Shown here: in pieces, positions 33,958 through 43,677 of the stretch | Layout: each line of letters opens with the position of its first letter | How positions within the stretch are numbered: the first letter of the stretch is position 1 | DNA from: an uncultured Chloroflexia bacterium | GTDB lineage: Bacteria; Chloroflexota; Anaerolineae; CG2-30-64-16 | NCBI GenBank assembly: GCA_963810095.1 | Contig: CAWEMM010000012.1 | Span: forward strand, 1-64,000 | Length of the DNA stretch: 64,000 bases | Reading direction: 5' to 3' | Translations under genes and position numbers: made by a program | The notes under the pieces: model-generated | Seen by the model: only the letters and a program-made list of their open reading frames with translations | What the model was told of the DNA's origin: nothing | The model's database searches: none

Positions 33958-35007
33958 TTGAACGACGATATTCAACACACCCCCGTACAGCTATCGTCCA
34001 AGCCGCCGCGCGGCGCCCTGCAATCGCGTGTCCGTTCGGCCCTGTCCAGGCCCGAGGCGATTACCACCGCCCTCCTGATCATCGCGTTCATCGTGGGCGC
34101 GCTCCTGTCGCCCTACTTCCTGGACCTGAACTTCCTGCTCAACAATACGTCGGTCTACGTTGAGATCGGCCTGATGGCGCTAGGGCTGACGTTCGTTATC
34201 ATCAGCAACAACATCGACCTGTCGGTTTCGAGCATCCTCGCGCTGGTCGGGTGCGTCGTGGGCGTCCTCTACTTCAACCTCAAAGTACCGATGGCGCTCG
34301 CAATCCCCATCTCGATCCTCGTCGGGGTCGGCCTGGGCTGGGTGAACGGCACCCTGATGACGCGCGTCAAGCTGCCTTCGCTCACGGTCACGCTCGGCAC
34401 GATGGCGCTCTTCCGTGGGACCGCCAACATCCTCCTGGGAGACGAGTCGCTGCCGAAGATGGCGTTCCAGGCGAAGGCAGGTTACCCGGCCTGGTTTGTG
34501 GGCGTCGACCAGTGGATGATCCCGGGCACGTTCATCCCCATGCCGCTGGTGATCTTCCTGGTCGCGGCGGTGATACTGGGCCTGCTGCTGCACCGCACGA
34601 CCTTCGGCCGGTGGGTCTACGCGATCGGGACGAACGAAGGTGCGTCGCGCTACGCGGGCATCCCGGTCGACCGCATCAAGGTCATTATCTTCTCGCTGTC
34701 GGGGCTCTTGTGTGCGTTGGCCGGCCTCATCATGGTGTCGCGGCTCGGCGTATCCCGCTATGACCACGCCCGGGGCTGGGAGCTCGATGCAATCACGGCT
34801 GTCGTGCTCGGCGGTACGAGCATCAACGGCGGCCGCGGGAGCATCTTTGGCACGGTCATGGCTTTCTTCCTCATCGTGATCCTGCGCACCGGCATGGGCG
34901 TCGCCAACGTCAAAGCCGAAAGCCAGCTGACCATCATCGGTGCGCTGCTGATCGTGTCGGTCGTGGCATCCAACTTCGCAAACCGCTTGCGGAGTTCGCC
35001 AAAGTGA
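33958..35007 (+). CDS. Monosaccharide ABC permease
   Basis: IDLSV, FGRWVYAIGTN, WELDAITAVVLGG. Confidence 0.93.
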   Translation: MNDDIQHTPVQLSSKPPRGALQSRVRSALSRPEAITTALLIIAFIVGALLSPYFLDLNFLLNNTSVYVEIGLMALGLTFVIISNNIDLSVSSILALVGCVVGVLYFNLKVPMALAIPISILVGVGLGWVNGTLMTRVKLPSLTVTLGTMALFRGTANILLGDESLPKMAFQAKAGYPAWFVGVDQWMIPGTFIPMPLVIFLVAAVILGLLLHRTTFGRWVYAIGTNEGASRYAGIPVDRIKVIIFSLSGLLCALAGLIMVSRLGVSRYDHARGWELDAITAVVLGGTSINGGRGSIFGTVMAFFLIVILRTGMGVANVKAESQLTIIGALLIVSVVASNFANRLRSSPK

Positions 35008-35178
35008 GTCCCCGCTGAGGATGCAGAGGCCAAGGGGAGGTGCAAGGAGGTGAATCAGCAGCAAAGCAGCGTGTCCCACGCCTCACTGGCGTAGAACTCA
35101 GCCAGCCCGGAGCTGGCATGCCAGCACAGTCGGCGATAGCGAGGCCGATCAACTACACGTGCTCAACAAGGAGGAAAG

Positions 35179-36273
35179 ATGAACGTCAAGCGGTTCGGAC
35201 TCTGGATGGCCGTCGTGGTCATCCTGAGCATGCTGCTCACCGCGTGCGCCCCTGCTGCGCAGGCACCGGCTGCCGCGACCCAAGCGCCGGCGGCGGCAAC
35301 CCAAGCACCCGCCGCTGCGGCTGGGGACAAGATCAAGATCGTCTACATCCCCAAGAACACGGGTAACCCGTACTTCGACTCGATCATCAACGGCTTCAAG
35401 AAGTCCTGTGAAGAGCAGGGCTGCGACTTCACGACCACCGCGCCTGCCACCGCCGAGGCAACCTCGCAGTTGTCCTTCGTCAAGGAACAGATCCAGCGCG
35501 GGGTGAATGTGCTCGCTATCTCGCCCAATAGCCCGGATGCACTGAACTCCGTCTTCGACGAGGCCCGCGGCAAGGGCATCAAGGTGCTGATCGTCAATTC
35601 CGATATCCCGGGGAACGAGACGCACCGCGATGCGGCCGTGCTGCCGATGGACTTCAACATCACCGGCAAGAGCCAGATCGAGCTCATGTGCTCGCTCATC
35701 GACTGCGAAGGCAAGATTGCAGTCCTTTCCGCGACGGCCGACGCTCCCGATCAGAACTTCTGGATCGAGGGGATGAAGGAGACGCTGAAGGATCCGAAGT
35801 ACAGCAAGATGCAGCTGGTCGACGTGGTCTTCGGCAACGACGACCCTCAGAAGAGCCTGACCGAGTGTGAAGGCTTGCTCTCCAAGTACCCGGATCTCCG
35901 CGGCATCATCGCCCCGACGACCGTGGGCGTCGCGGCGGCGGCGCAGTGCGTGGAATCGGCCGGCGTGTACCCGGGCGGCAAGAATGCGGTGGGCAAGGGC
36001 CTGGAAGTAACCGGCCTGGGCACCCCGAACCAGATGCGCCGCTTCGTCGACTCGGGCATCGTCAAGAAGTTCGCGCTGTGGAGCCCCTACGATGAGGGTT
36101 ACCTGTCGGGCTACCTGGCCACCGCCCTGGCGAGCGGCAAGGTGAAGCCGGCCGAGGGTGTGACCTTCGACGTGCCGAATCTCGGCCAGCGCCAGTTTGC
36201 GAAGAACAACGTCGTCATCACCGGCCCGCCGACCGTCTTCGACAAGGCCAACCTACCAAACTTCAACTTCTAG
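35179..36273 (+). CDS. Sugar ABC substrate-binding lipoprotein, RhaS/LsrB-like
   Basis: Lipobox LTAC; PKNTGNPYF, DQNFWI, APTTVG, VTGLGTPNQM, FALW. Confidence 0.9.
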   Translation: MNVKRFGLWMAVVVILSMLLTACAPAAQAPAAATQAPAAATQAPAAAAGDKIKIVYIPKNTGNPYFDSIINGFKKSCEEQGCDFTTTAPATAEATSQLSFVKEQIQRGVNVLAISPNSPDALNSVFDEARGKGIKVLIVNSDIPGNETHRDAAVLPMDFNITGKSQIELMCSLIDCEGKIAVLSATADAPDQNFWIEGMKETLKDPKYSKMQLVDVVFGNDDPQKSLTECEGLLSKYPDLRGIIAPTTVGVAAAAQCVESAGVYPGGKNAVGKGLEVTGLGTPNQMRRFVDSGIVKKFALWSPYDEGYLSGYLATALASGKVKPAEGVTFDVPNLGQRQFAKNNVVITGPPTVFDKANLPNFNF

Positions 36274-36288
36274 TTCCGTCGTACTGCT

Positions 36289-36317
36289 GAGGGTGGCGGG
36301 CAGTTCCCGCCACCCTC
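36289..36317 (+). terminator. Stem-loop after the substrate-binding gene
   Basis: gagggtggcggg-cagtt-cccgccaccctc, a perfect 12-bp stem. Confidence 0.65.
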
Positions 36318-36333
36318 GTCATTTGGAGGACGT

Positions 36334-36654
36334 ATGAAGCGCATTGGGTTCTTGCTTAAGGTCCGAGAGGAAAAGATCCCCGAATATGTGGAGCACCACA
36401 AGCACGTGTGGCCCGACATGCAGGAGGCACTGCGTCGGAACGGGTGGCACAACTACTCCCTCTTCATGCGCGACGACGGCCTGATGTTTGGCTATTTCGA
36501 AGCGCCGGTCGATTTCGCGACGGCGCTGGATGGGATGTCTCAGGAAGAGGTAAACGCCCGCTGGGGCGACTTTATGAAGCCGTTTTTCGAGGCGCCGAGC
36601 GGCCGGCCCGACGAGAACATGCTCGAATTGACCGAGGTGTTCCACCTGGACTAA
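36334..36654 (+). CDS. rhaM: L-rhamnose mutarotase family protein
   Basis: EYVEHHKHVWP, NYSLF, LTEVFHLD. Confidence 0.88.
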   Translation: MKRIGFLLKVREEKIPEYVEHHKHVWPDMQEALRRNGWHNYSLFMRDDGLMFGYFEAPVDFATALDGMSQEEVNARWGDFMKPFFEAPSGRPDENMLELTEVFHLD

Positions 36655-36755
36655 AGGACTCTCAGTATCATCATGTGGGCTGGCGCCGGTCTTCGACCGT
36701 GCCCCTGGCGGGCGGCGTCCTCATGCAGGGCGGCCGCCCGCCCCGCTGGCTGGCG

Positions 36756-38246
36756 TCAGGCCTTCTGGGCGGACACAGCCAGGCTGTAGACGTCCACACC
36801 CTCGAGTTGGCCGCCGCTCAGGCTGCGCTTGCCGGCGACATCTACGAACCCTGCCTGTCGCACGAGATCCAGGTACTCCTGCTCGGGCAGCGCGCCGTTG
36901 ATGCAGCCCGCCCACATCTGCGGGTCGCCGCGCACGCTCATGGGCAGCGGACCGGCCGTCACCATGTCGCTGATGCTCAAGCGGCCGCCCGGCTTCAGCA
37001 CCCGGTAGGCTTCCTCGAAGACGCGGCCCTTGTCTTCCGCCAGGTTGATCACGCAGTTAGAGAGGATCACGTCGACCGTGCCATCTTCCACCGGCATCTC
37101 TTCCGCCTGGCCGAGCCGGAACTCGACCTGCTTCAGCCCGGCCTCCGCCGCGTTGCGCCGGGCACGCTCGATCATCGACGGGGTCATGTCCAGCCCGATC
37201 ACCCTGCCCGCCGGGCCCAACCCGACGGGCCGCGTAAAGCGCGTCGATCCCCGCGCCGCTGCCGATGTCGAGGACCGTCTCGCCCGGCCGCAGCGATGCC
37301 ATCGCGGTCGGATTACCGCAGCCGAGCGACATGTTCGCCGCGTCCAGGGGCACCGCGGCCAATTGCTCGGCGGTGTAGCCCGTGTCGTACAGCACCAGGT
37401 CCGCCTGGCCCGTCTCGACCAGTTCCATCGCGTGTGACGTGGGCGAACGGCAACTGCTCGATGCACGCGCCGCTCGCTGGCGAGCCGCTCTCGGATGTTG
37501 AGCAACAGCTGCTTTGCGCCGTCGTCGAGCCACAGCAGCCACTCTCGGCCAGCGCGCCGTAGCTGGCCTGCACCGCGGCTCGCCGCGCCGCTCACCCGCC
37601 GGCTCCCCGTGGCAACGAAAATGCTCGATATCCGCCATCGTCTCACCTTGCCGGCTCTGCGAACTCGAACTGCACGTCTGCCGAGTGGCGTCCACGATGA
37701 CGTTAACCAGGCCGGCCGCCCTGAACCAGCCGCGCACGGTCGGAGCGCTCGAAGCCGAGCCAGACGTCCGCCATCTCGTCGCGCAGCCAGGCGTGCTCGT
37801 GCCGGTCCATGTCCGTGATCACCAGCCGGCCGCCCGGCTTGAGCACCCGGACCATCTCCTTGATCGACGCCTCGGGATCGGGACAGTGATGGAGGTACAT
37901 GTTGGCGAAGACCGCGTCCAGCGACGCATCGTCGAACGGCAGCGCCGCGCCGTCGGCCAGCCGCTGCTCGACGTTGTCGAACGCCGGCCAGGTTCTGCTG
38001 TGCCGGCCTCCAGCATGGCGGCCGATCGCGTCGACCGCGTAAACTTTCGCCACCAGCGGCGCCAGGCCCGCCGCGACGAACCCGGTGCCCGAGCCGACGT
38101 CGGCCACGACCATGTCGGGCCGCAGGTAAGCCCGCGCAATCGCCGCGTCGCGCACCGCATCGCCGAAAATAACCTGGTTCGCAGCGATATCCCACTCGCC
38201 CGCGACCCGCTCGAAATACTCGGCCGACGCCTAAGTCATCGCTCAT
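36756..38246 (-). CDS. arsM: Arsenite methyltransferase with an extra N-terminal class I methyltransferase domain (many indels)
   Basis: C-terminal [36 protein letters not shown]; N-terminal [14 protein letters not shown]; Cys-rich linker. Confidence 0.8.
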   Translation of the reverse strand: MSDDLGVGRVFRAGRGRVGYRCEPGYFRRCGARRGDCAGLPAARHGRGRRRLGHRVRRGGPGAAGGESLRGRRDRPPCWRPAQQNLAGVRQRRAAAGRRRGAAVRRCVAGRGLRQHVPPSLSRSRGVDQGDGPGAQAGRPAGDHGHGPARARLAARRDGGRLARLRALRPCAAGSGRPAWLTSSWTPLGRRAVRVRRAGKVRRWRISSIFVATGSRRVSGAASRGAGQLRRAGREWLLWLDDGAKQLLLNIRERLASERRVHRAVAVRPRHTRWNWSRRARRTWCCTTRATPPSNWPRCPWTRRTCRSAAVIRPRWHRCGRARRSSTSAAARGSTRFTRPVGLGPAGRVIGLDMTPSMIERARRNAAEAGLKQVEFRLGQAEEMPVEDGTVDVILSNCVINLAEDKGRVFEEAYRVLKPGGRLSISDMVTAGPLPMSVRGDPQMWAGCINGALPEQEYLDLVRQAGFVDVAGKRSLSGGQLEGVDVYSLAVSAQKA

Positions 38247-38365
38247 CCTTCGTAGCCTGTCATGGCACATGCTCCTCTGCTGAAATGATGCGCAGGAACA
38301 AGTCTCTCCAACGCCAGCCCAGACGCACTCGTCAGGGCTCACGCGAAACCCGCTCCTGCAGCGGT

Positions 38366-38818
38366 TCATCGTATTTTTACGATCATTGTCGGCCAAAAAA
38401 GAGCTGCTCCCGGGGACGGCTGACTCGCGCCTACTGGCCGCGCCTGCGACCCATGGCGCGTCCAGCCTCGATCGAGCGGCGCAATCCGGATGCTCGACTC
38501 GCAGCAGCCCGGCAGCCAACCCTCGATTTGCTCCTTCAGCCAGCGCACGCCCGCCTCGCTGAGGCAGTAGCAGGTGGCCGGCCCCTCGAACTCACCCTCG
38601 ATCAGCCCCGCCTCGCGCAGCACTTTGAGATGCTGGCTCACCGTGGACTGGGCCAGCGGCGTCGTCGTCGACGATCTCCTGCGTGATACAGGTCTTGCGC
38701 TCGGCAAGCGTCTGCATGATCCGAAAGCGAATGGGATTGCCGAGCGCCTTGAGCATCGACACGAGCCGCTCTTCGTCTGCGGTGCTGGGCCGCTCCTGAA
38801 GCGTGATACTTGCTCCAT
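38366..38818 (-). CDS. arsR: ArsR/SmtB-family regulator (indels; 3' end uncertain)
   Basis: KALGNPIRFRI, PLAQSTVSQHLKVLREAGLI, TCYC, C-terminal CC. Confidence 0.85.
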   Translation of the reverse strand: MEQVSRFRSGPAPQTKSGSCRCSRRSAIPFAFGSCRRLPSARPVSRRRSSTTTPLAQSTVSQHLKVLREAGLIEGEFEGPATCYCLSEAGVRWLKEQIEGWLPGCCESSIRIAPLDRGWTRHGSQARPVGASQPSPGAALFWPTMIVKIR

Positions 38819-38849
38819 GCTTGCGCATCCCCTTCCGACCCATTTGCTA

Positions 38850-38904
38850 CATCGTATCCTTACGATGATATCGTCTTTATACGATATAATGCGTGATTTG
38901 TCAA
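38850..38904 (-). promoter_or_regulatory. Promoter with two tandem palindromic ArsR-type operators
   Basis: TTGACA-17-TATAAA on the minus strand; catcgta-tcct-tacgatg (38850-67) and atatcgt-ctttat-acgatat (38868-87). Confidence 0.75.
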
Positions 38905-38909
38905 GCCCC

Positions 38910-39332
38910 CAATTTCGCGTTTTGCCAAAAACTCGGTGACCCGGCAGCGCAATGTCGTCTCGCACGCGGCGGAAGACGGCCAGCACCTCATCCTCGCTGC
39001 CCGATCGCCTTGGCCGGGTCTGGAAAGCCCAGGTGCACCCGCCGGCCCTGCCCCAGCCAGACCGGGCAGTTCTCGGCTGCATCGTCGCACACCGTCACGA
39101 CGAGGTCGAACGGCACGGTCCGGAACTCGTCTGCACTCTTCGAGCGGCCATCGTGCTCGATGCCGATCTCGCGAAGCGCCAGCAGCGCCAACGGATGAAC
39201 GTAGCCCGCCGGCTGCGTGCCCGCACTGTAAGCCTCCCACACGTCGCCCAGCCGGGCATTGACGATCGCTTCTGCAATCTGGCTGCGGCACGAGTTGCCG
39301 GTGCATAAAAAGAGGACTCGCCGCTTATCCAT
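38910..39332 (-). CDS. arsC: Arsenate reductase, LMW-PTP/thioredoxin type (3' indels)
   Basis: VLFLCTGNSCRSQ, SAGT, VTVCD...CP, FPDPA. Confidence 0.9.
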
Positions 39333-39369
39333 CTTGCTCCGTCTCCGCAACGCAAGGTGCCGGCCGGCT

Positions 39370-39827
39370 TTTGAATAACGATCAGAGGCTCTACAATAAT
39401 CTGCGCTCTTCACCGAATTGGCGACGAGGCTGTACTTCTGGGCAGAGGCGAGCGCCTTGCAGCACCCGGCGTTCCGTGCGAAGCGCTGTCGCCGCCAGCA
39501 TCCGTCCGCACCGTAATCTGCGGTCGGAAGTGGAGTTCGCTGAAGATCTCCGTCCGGTCGATCTCGATCTTCTTCGTCCCATCCGCTCGGCAGCGGTAAT
39601 CCACGAGATCGATCTTGAACCGCTCGCACGCCCACAAGAACATCAGCATGATGCAGGTGTTTGCGGCAGCCACGAACGCGTCTTCCGGCGTGAGCACGTC
39701 CGCTCTGCCCGTGCGCGTCCGGAGGGCGCTGAGAAAACCATCTCCGGGCCATTCCCGAGGACGAGGTGGCCCGAGTGTCCGCCGCGCCATTCGACGTCCG
39801 TGCGATACGTTCGCGGTCTTAGCTCAT
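39370..39827 (-). CDS. OsmC/Ohr-family protein (indels)
   Basis: YRTDVEW...G, TPEDAFVAAANTC, FRPQI, AQKYSLVANSVK. Confidence 0.7.
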
Positions 39828-40569
39828 GGCGCCGGCCCTCGCGCTCTGAGCGCTGCGCGCAGTACGCCTGCCATGCCAGCCCGACCGCCTGCGAATACCA
39901 TGCTTCATCCTCCGCGGCCACGTCGTTGTACACCTGCGCGGTCTGCCAGATCTACGGCGGGCAGGCCGGCGTCCGCGCGCAGCCCTTGTTTGTAGCGCCA
40001 TTTCCAGGATCGGTTCGAGAGCCATGATCGTAGCCGTGCGGCCGTCCAACTCGACCGTGGTCACGGGGATTCCCGATCCGCAGGCGCACGCCGAAGTGCT
40101 GACGCTTTTCGGCGGCCGGGTCTCGCTTCCAGGAGCGCGCCGGCTGTCCGGCTCCAGCGGGCTGCAATCAGCCGATCGACTTCCGCAGCGACCGCGCCGG
40201 CCAGGGCTTCGACGACCGCCCGGCTTTCGGGCGTCAGGCGGCGCAGCCCTTCCGGCTGTGGCAGCCCACGCTCTGCCGCGAACTCGTCCACGACGAACGC
40301 GGCGGCGGGCGCGTTGCTGTAGCGTTCGGTCGCCGCGGGCGGCGCACCGCTTCTCGCAGCCGTCCACCGCGATCGTCGGGTAGAACCTGGCGAAGGCGCG
40401 GTCGCCCTCGCCGCCCGCCAGGAAGAGGGGCAGGCAGATGGTTACGGTCTGGTCGGGCCGCAAGCCCTCGAGCACCCGGAGCGCGGCCTGCCGGGTTACC
40501 ATGCCCGCCGGGCAGTTCCTCGCCGGAACAGGCGATGACGCCGACTTTGCGGCTCGGAAGACTAGGCAT
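39819..40569 (-). CDS. DGC-domain putative zinc-binding protein with a CACGSG extension (indels)
   Basis: IACSG, TICLP, AVDGCEKRCA, CACGSG. Confidence 0.7.
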
Positions 40570-41014
40570 GGTCGGCTCCCTGCTCCGGCGTGCCGGGGCT
40601 TAGCGCCGCATCCACCGCGCCCACGACTTCCTCCGCCAGCGCCCGCGCCAGCGCCAGGCCGCCCTCATTCAGCTCGGCAATCCCCGCGGGCTTTAAGGTT
40701 CGATTGCGCCGGAACGTATCCAGCACCGTGAACTCCTGCGCCACCGTGCCGCCCGACGCGCGCTACCAGCTTGCGTTGCGCAGGCCAGCTTGCAACCGTC
40801 CAGTGTCACGACGGGCGCGGTCCTGCAACGCGGCGCGGCCTGCTTCATCGCCCAGAACCAGCAGCGACAAGCGGCACGATCGCGGTGGTTTCGCGGCCGC
40901 AGTTCGTCAATCACGATGTACGCGGCTTCCCGCGTCACTGCGCCGTACGCCTTGCCGATCCCGCTGCACGGCACGATGCAGACCGGCGCGCGGCGCCGCC
41001 GTTGTCTCGCTCAT
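40562..41014 (-). CDS. DGC-domain putative zinc-binding protein (indels)
   Basis: PCSGIGK, TLDGCKLACA. Confidence 0.7.
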
Positions 41015-41467
41015 CGATTCTCCCTCGGCTTCGGCCTGCGATCCGGGCGACCGCGAGGTAGGCTTCGGCGTCCAGCAGTCCGGAGACCGGCCACCGGGCG
41101 GGCCGCAGCTCGATGAGCCAGCCTTCGTCGTAGGGGCTGCTGATTGATCAAGCTCGGGCGCATCGGCGAGCGCGGCGTTGGTTGCGACGACCTCGACCCG
41201 CGAACGGCGCCGGAACGGCAAGGTCGACTTTGATGGTCTCGACATTCGCCAGGTCGTCCTCCGCTTCGACGGCGTTACCGACATCAGGCAGTTCCACGAA
41301 CGCGACGTCGCCGCTGGACTGCTGGCGAAAGTCGCGTCAGGCCCACCCGGGCCGCATCCCGTGCCGGGATCATAGTCGACCCACACGCCGGCAGCGGTGT
41401 ACAGGTAGCCGGACCGCACCCGAAAGATGAACTTGTCGACCCGGAACTCAAGGTCATGACCGTTCAT
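41011..41467 (-). CDS. GcvH-like lipoyl carrier protein (indels)
   Basis: [28 protein letters not shown] (lipoyl-Lys equivalent of VESVK), PYDEGWL. Confidence 0.75.
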
Positions 41468-42657
41468 TCTCGTCTCCTTGCCGTGGACCCGCTCGTGGCC
41501 GCGATCATCAGGCGCGGCCCGGTCGCACGGGCGGCGGACAGGCCTCTTCGGCAGCCGCCGTCATGCCGGCAGGCGCGGGCGGCCAACTCGCTCTTGAACC
41601 ACCGGCGCTGCAGCGCGAACGCCACATTGACCAGCGCGATCATGACGGGCACTTCGATCAACGGGCCGATCACGGCCGCAAACGCCTCGCCCGAGGTGAT
41701 GCCGAACACGGCGATCGCGACGGCGATGGCGAGCTCGAAGTTGTTGCTCGCAGCCGTGAAGGACATAGTCGCCGTCATCTTGTAGTTCGCACCTGCGCGA
41801 CGCCCCATCCAGAACGTGACCATGAACATGATCACGAAGTAGAGCACCAACGGGATCGCGATCCGGACGACATCCAGCGGCTGGTTGATGATCTGCTTAC
41901 CCTGCAGGCTGAACATCACGATGATGGTGAAGAGCAGGGCAACCAGCGTAATCGGGCTGATGCGGGGGATGAACTTCGTCTCGTACCACTCCCGGCCCTT
42001 AAGCCGCAACAGGATGAAGCGCGACCCGAAGCCCGCGATCATGGGGATGCCCAGGTAGATGAAGACGGTCCGCGCCAGCTCGCCGATGCTGATCTGCACC
42101 GTGGCGCTCTCCAGCCCCAGCGCCTGCGGCAGGACGGTGATGAAGATGTAGGCATAGACGCTGTAAAAGAGCACCTGGAAGACGCTGTTGAACGCGACCA
42201 GGCCGGCCGCGTACTCGGTGTCGCCCTTGGCCAGCTCGTTCCAGACGATGACCATGGCGATGCAGCGCGCGAGGCCGATGAGGATCAGACCGGTCATGTA
42301 CTCCTGGTTGTAGCCGGCCAGGAAGATGACGGCCAGCACAAACATCAGGATCGGGCCGATGATCCAGTTTTGTACGAGCGACATGCCCAGGACCCTCGTG
42401 TTGCGGAAGACCTCGGGCAGCCGTTCGTACTTCACCTTGGCGAACGGCGGGTACATCATCAGGATGAGGCCGATGGCGATCAGGATGTTCGTGGTGCCGA
42501 TCTGGAACTTGTTGATGAGGCCTTCGAAGCCGGGGATCAGGTAGCCGATGGCGACGCCGAGGGCCATGGCGGCAAAGATCCAGAGGGTCAGGAAACGGTC
42601 CAGCGTTGAGAGCCGTTTCGGGCGGCGGGCGCGGCTGCAACTGCCGATGTGAGTCAT
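41464..42657 (-). CDS. acr3: Acr3-family arsenite efflux transporter
   Basis: [39 protein letters not shown]; own ATG with GAGAGAG upstream. Confidence 0.95.
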   Translation of the reverse strand: MTHIGSCSRARRPKRLSTLDRFLTLWIFAAMALGVAIGYLIPGFEGLINKFQIGTTNILIAIGLILMMYPPFAKVKYERLPEVFRNTRVLGMSLVQNWIIGPILMFVLAVIFLAGYNQEYMTGLILIGLARCIAMVIVWNELAKGDTEYAAGLVAFNSVFQVLFYSVYAYIFITVLPQALGLESATVQISIGELARTVFIYLGIPMIAGFGSRFILLRLKGREWYETKFIPRISPITLVALLFTIIVMFSLQGKQIINQPLDVVRIAIPLVLYFVIMFMVTFWMGRRAGANYKMTATMSFTAASNNFELAIAVAIAVFGITSGEAFAAVIGPLIEVPVMIALVNVAFALQRRWFKSELAARACRHDGGCRRGLSAARATGPRLMIAATSGSTARRRE

Positions 42658-42699
42658 GTTGCTCTCTCCTTGACTCGATGAAGGCCTGATTTGCCGAGC

Positions 42700-42966
42700 G
42701 CCGTCAGTTGGCGTCCGCCTGCAAGGACGTTGGCCAGCATGGTCACGATCTGCTCGGGTGACGGGCACCCGGCCGCCGCTGAGCAGCTGGTCGTTGACGA
42801 CCAGGCCGGGCGTGGCGAGCAAGTCGTAACGCTGGTACTCGTCCGGCGTCGCCGCTCTTCTCGAAGGTCGCGTCGACGCCGAGTTGCGCGACGCCTGCTT
42901 CGCATTCTGCGCCAGCCGGTCACAGTTGGCGCAGCCGCCGCCTAGAATCTTGATGTGCAGGGTCAT
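42700..42966 (-). CDS. Small thioredoxin-like redox protein (MTH895 type; indels)
   Basis: [19 protein letters not shown]...GRVP. Confidence 0.8.
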
Positions 42967-43043
42967 GTCGCAAGCCTCCGTAACAAGGATGATAGATAGT
43001 GGCGAGAGCCCCGTCTCGCATTGAGCGGGGCCGCGTCAGCAGG

Positions 43044-43414
43044 CTACTCGTATGCCTCGCGCCCTGCGCCACGTTCCACCAGGCACTTGGGGCAGGTGCA
43101 GCAGGCGAGGGCCGTCGCGGACTGCCGGCCGTTGCCGTCGCTCGACGGCAGTCTGCGCAGGCCGCGGCCACCTGGCGCGCCACGTTGTCGTCCGCCAGGC
43201 GGTAGTAAATATTGGTGCCGTCGCGCTCGTCGACGATGACCTTGGCGTTGCGCAGGATCGCCAACTGCTGCGAGACATAGGGTTGCGATTTGTTGAGCGC
43301 CGCGGAGAGGTGGCACACGCACTCGGGCTCGACCCGCAGCAGGTCCACGATCTGCAACCGCACCGGGTGCCCGATCGCCTTGAGCAAGGCGGCCTGTTGG
43401 CGGTAATGTTCCAT
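43044..43414 (-). CDS. arsR: ArsR/SmtB-family regulator (3' indel)
   Basis: KAIGHPVRLQI, ECVCHL, SQQLAILR, C-terminal CTCPKC. Confidence 0.88.
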
Positions 43415-43428
43415 ATGCTGTCTTTCCT

Positions 43429-43450
43429 ATATAGCAATCTCTGCATATAT
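43429..43450 (-). promoter_or_regulatory. Candidate ArsR operator
   Basis: Imperfect AT-rich inverted repeat atatagca-atctc-tgcatatat just upstream of the arsR start. Confidence 0.5.
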
Positions 43451-43545
43451 TACGACCGCGCCGCGTCCCTGTACATGACGCACGTCAGCTTTCCATGTGC
43501 ACGTCGGGCAGAGACTGCGGCCGGCCCGGCAAGCGCTATTGACCA

Positions 43546-43585
43546 TTGACACCCCACAAGAGTAGTGCGATAATCGCACAAAGGC
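43546..43585 (+). promoter_or_regulatory. Promoter TTGACA-17-GATAAT with a perfect palindrome over the -10
   Basis: GTGCGAT-A-ATCGCAC at 43565-79; near copy at 62086-62125. Confidence 0.7.
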
Positions 43586-43677
43586 CACTTGTGGCGGCGT
43601 GCCATTGCCCTCTCGCGCTCCCCCACGCCGCGCCGTGTTGCTGAGTCCTTCCGCCGAATTGTAAGAGGAGTAATGAC

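Noticed and set aside
41464-42966. 500-aa thioredoxin-Acr3 fusion in the ORF track
   Set aside because: Acr3 has its own start at 42657 and the joining sequence reads as out-of-frame; an indel artefact is more likely.
36756-43414. Selenocysteine recoding in the Cys-rich ars genes
   Set aside because: The motif Cys positions I could read are Cys codons; the breaks are frame changes rather than in-frame TGA at catalytic sites.
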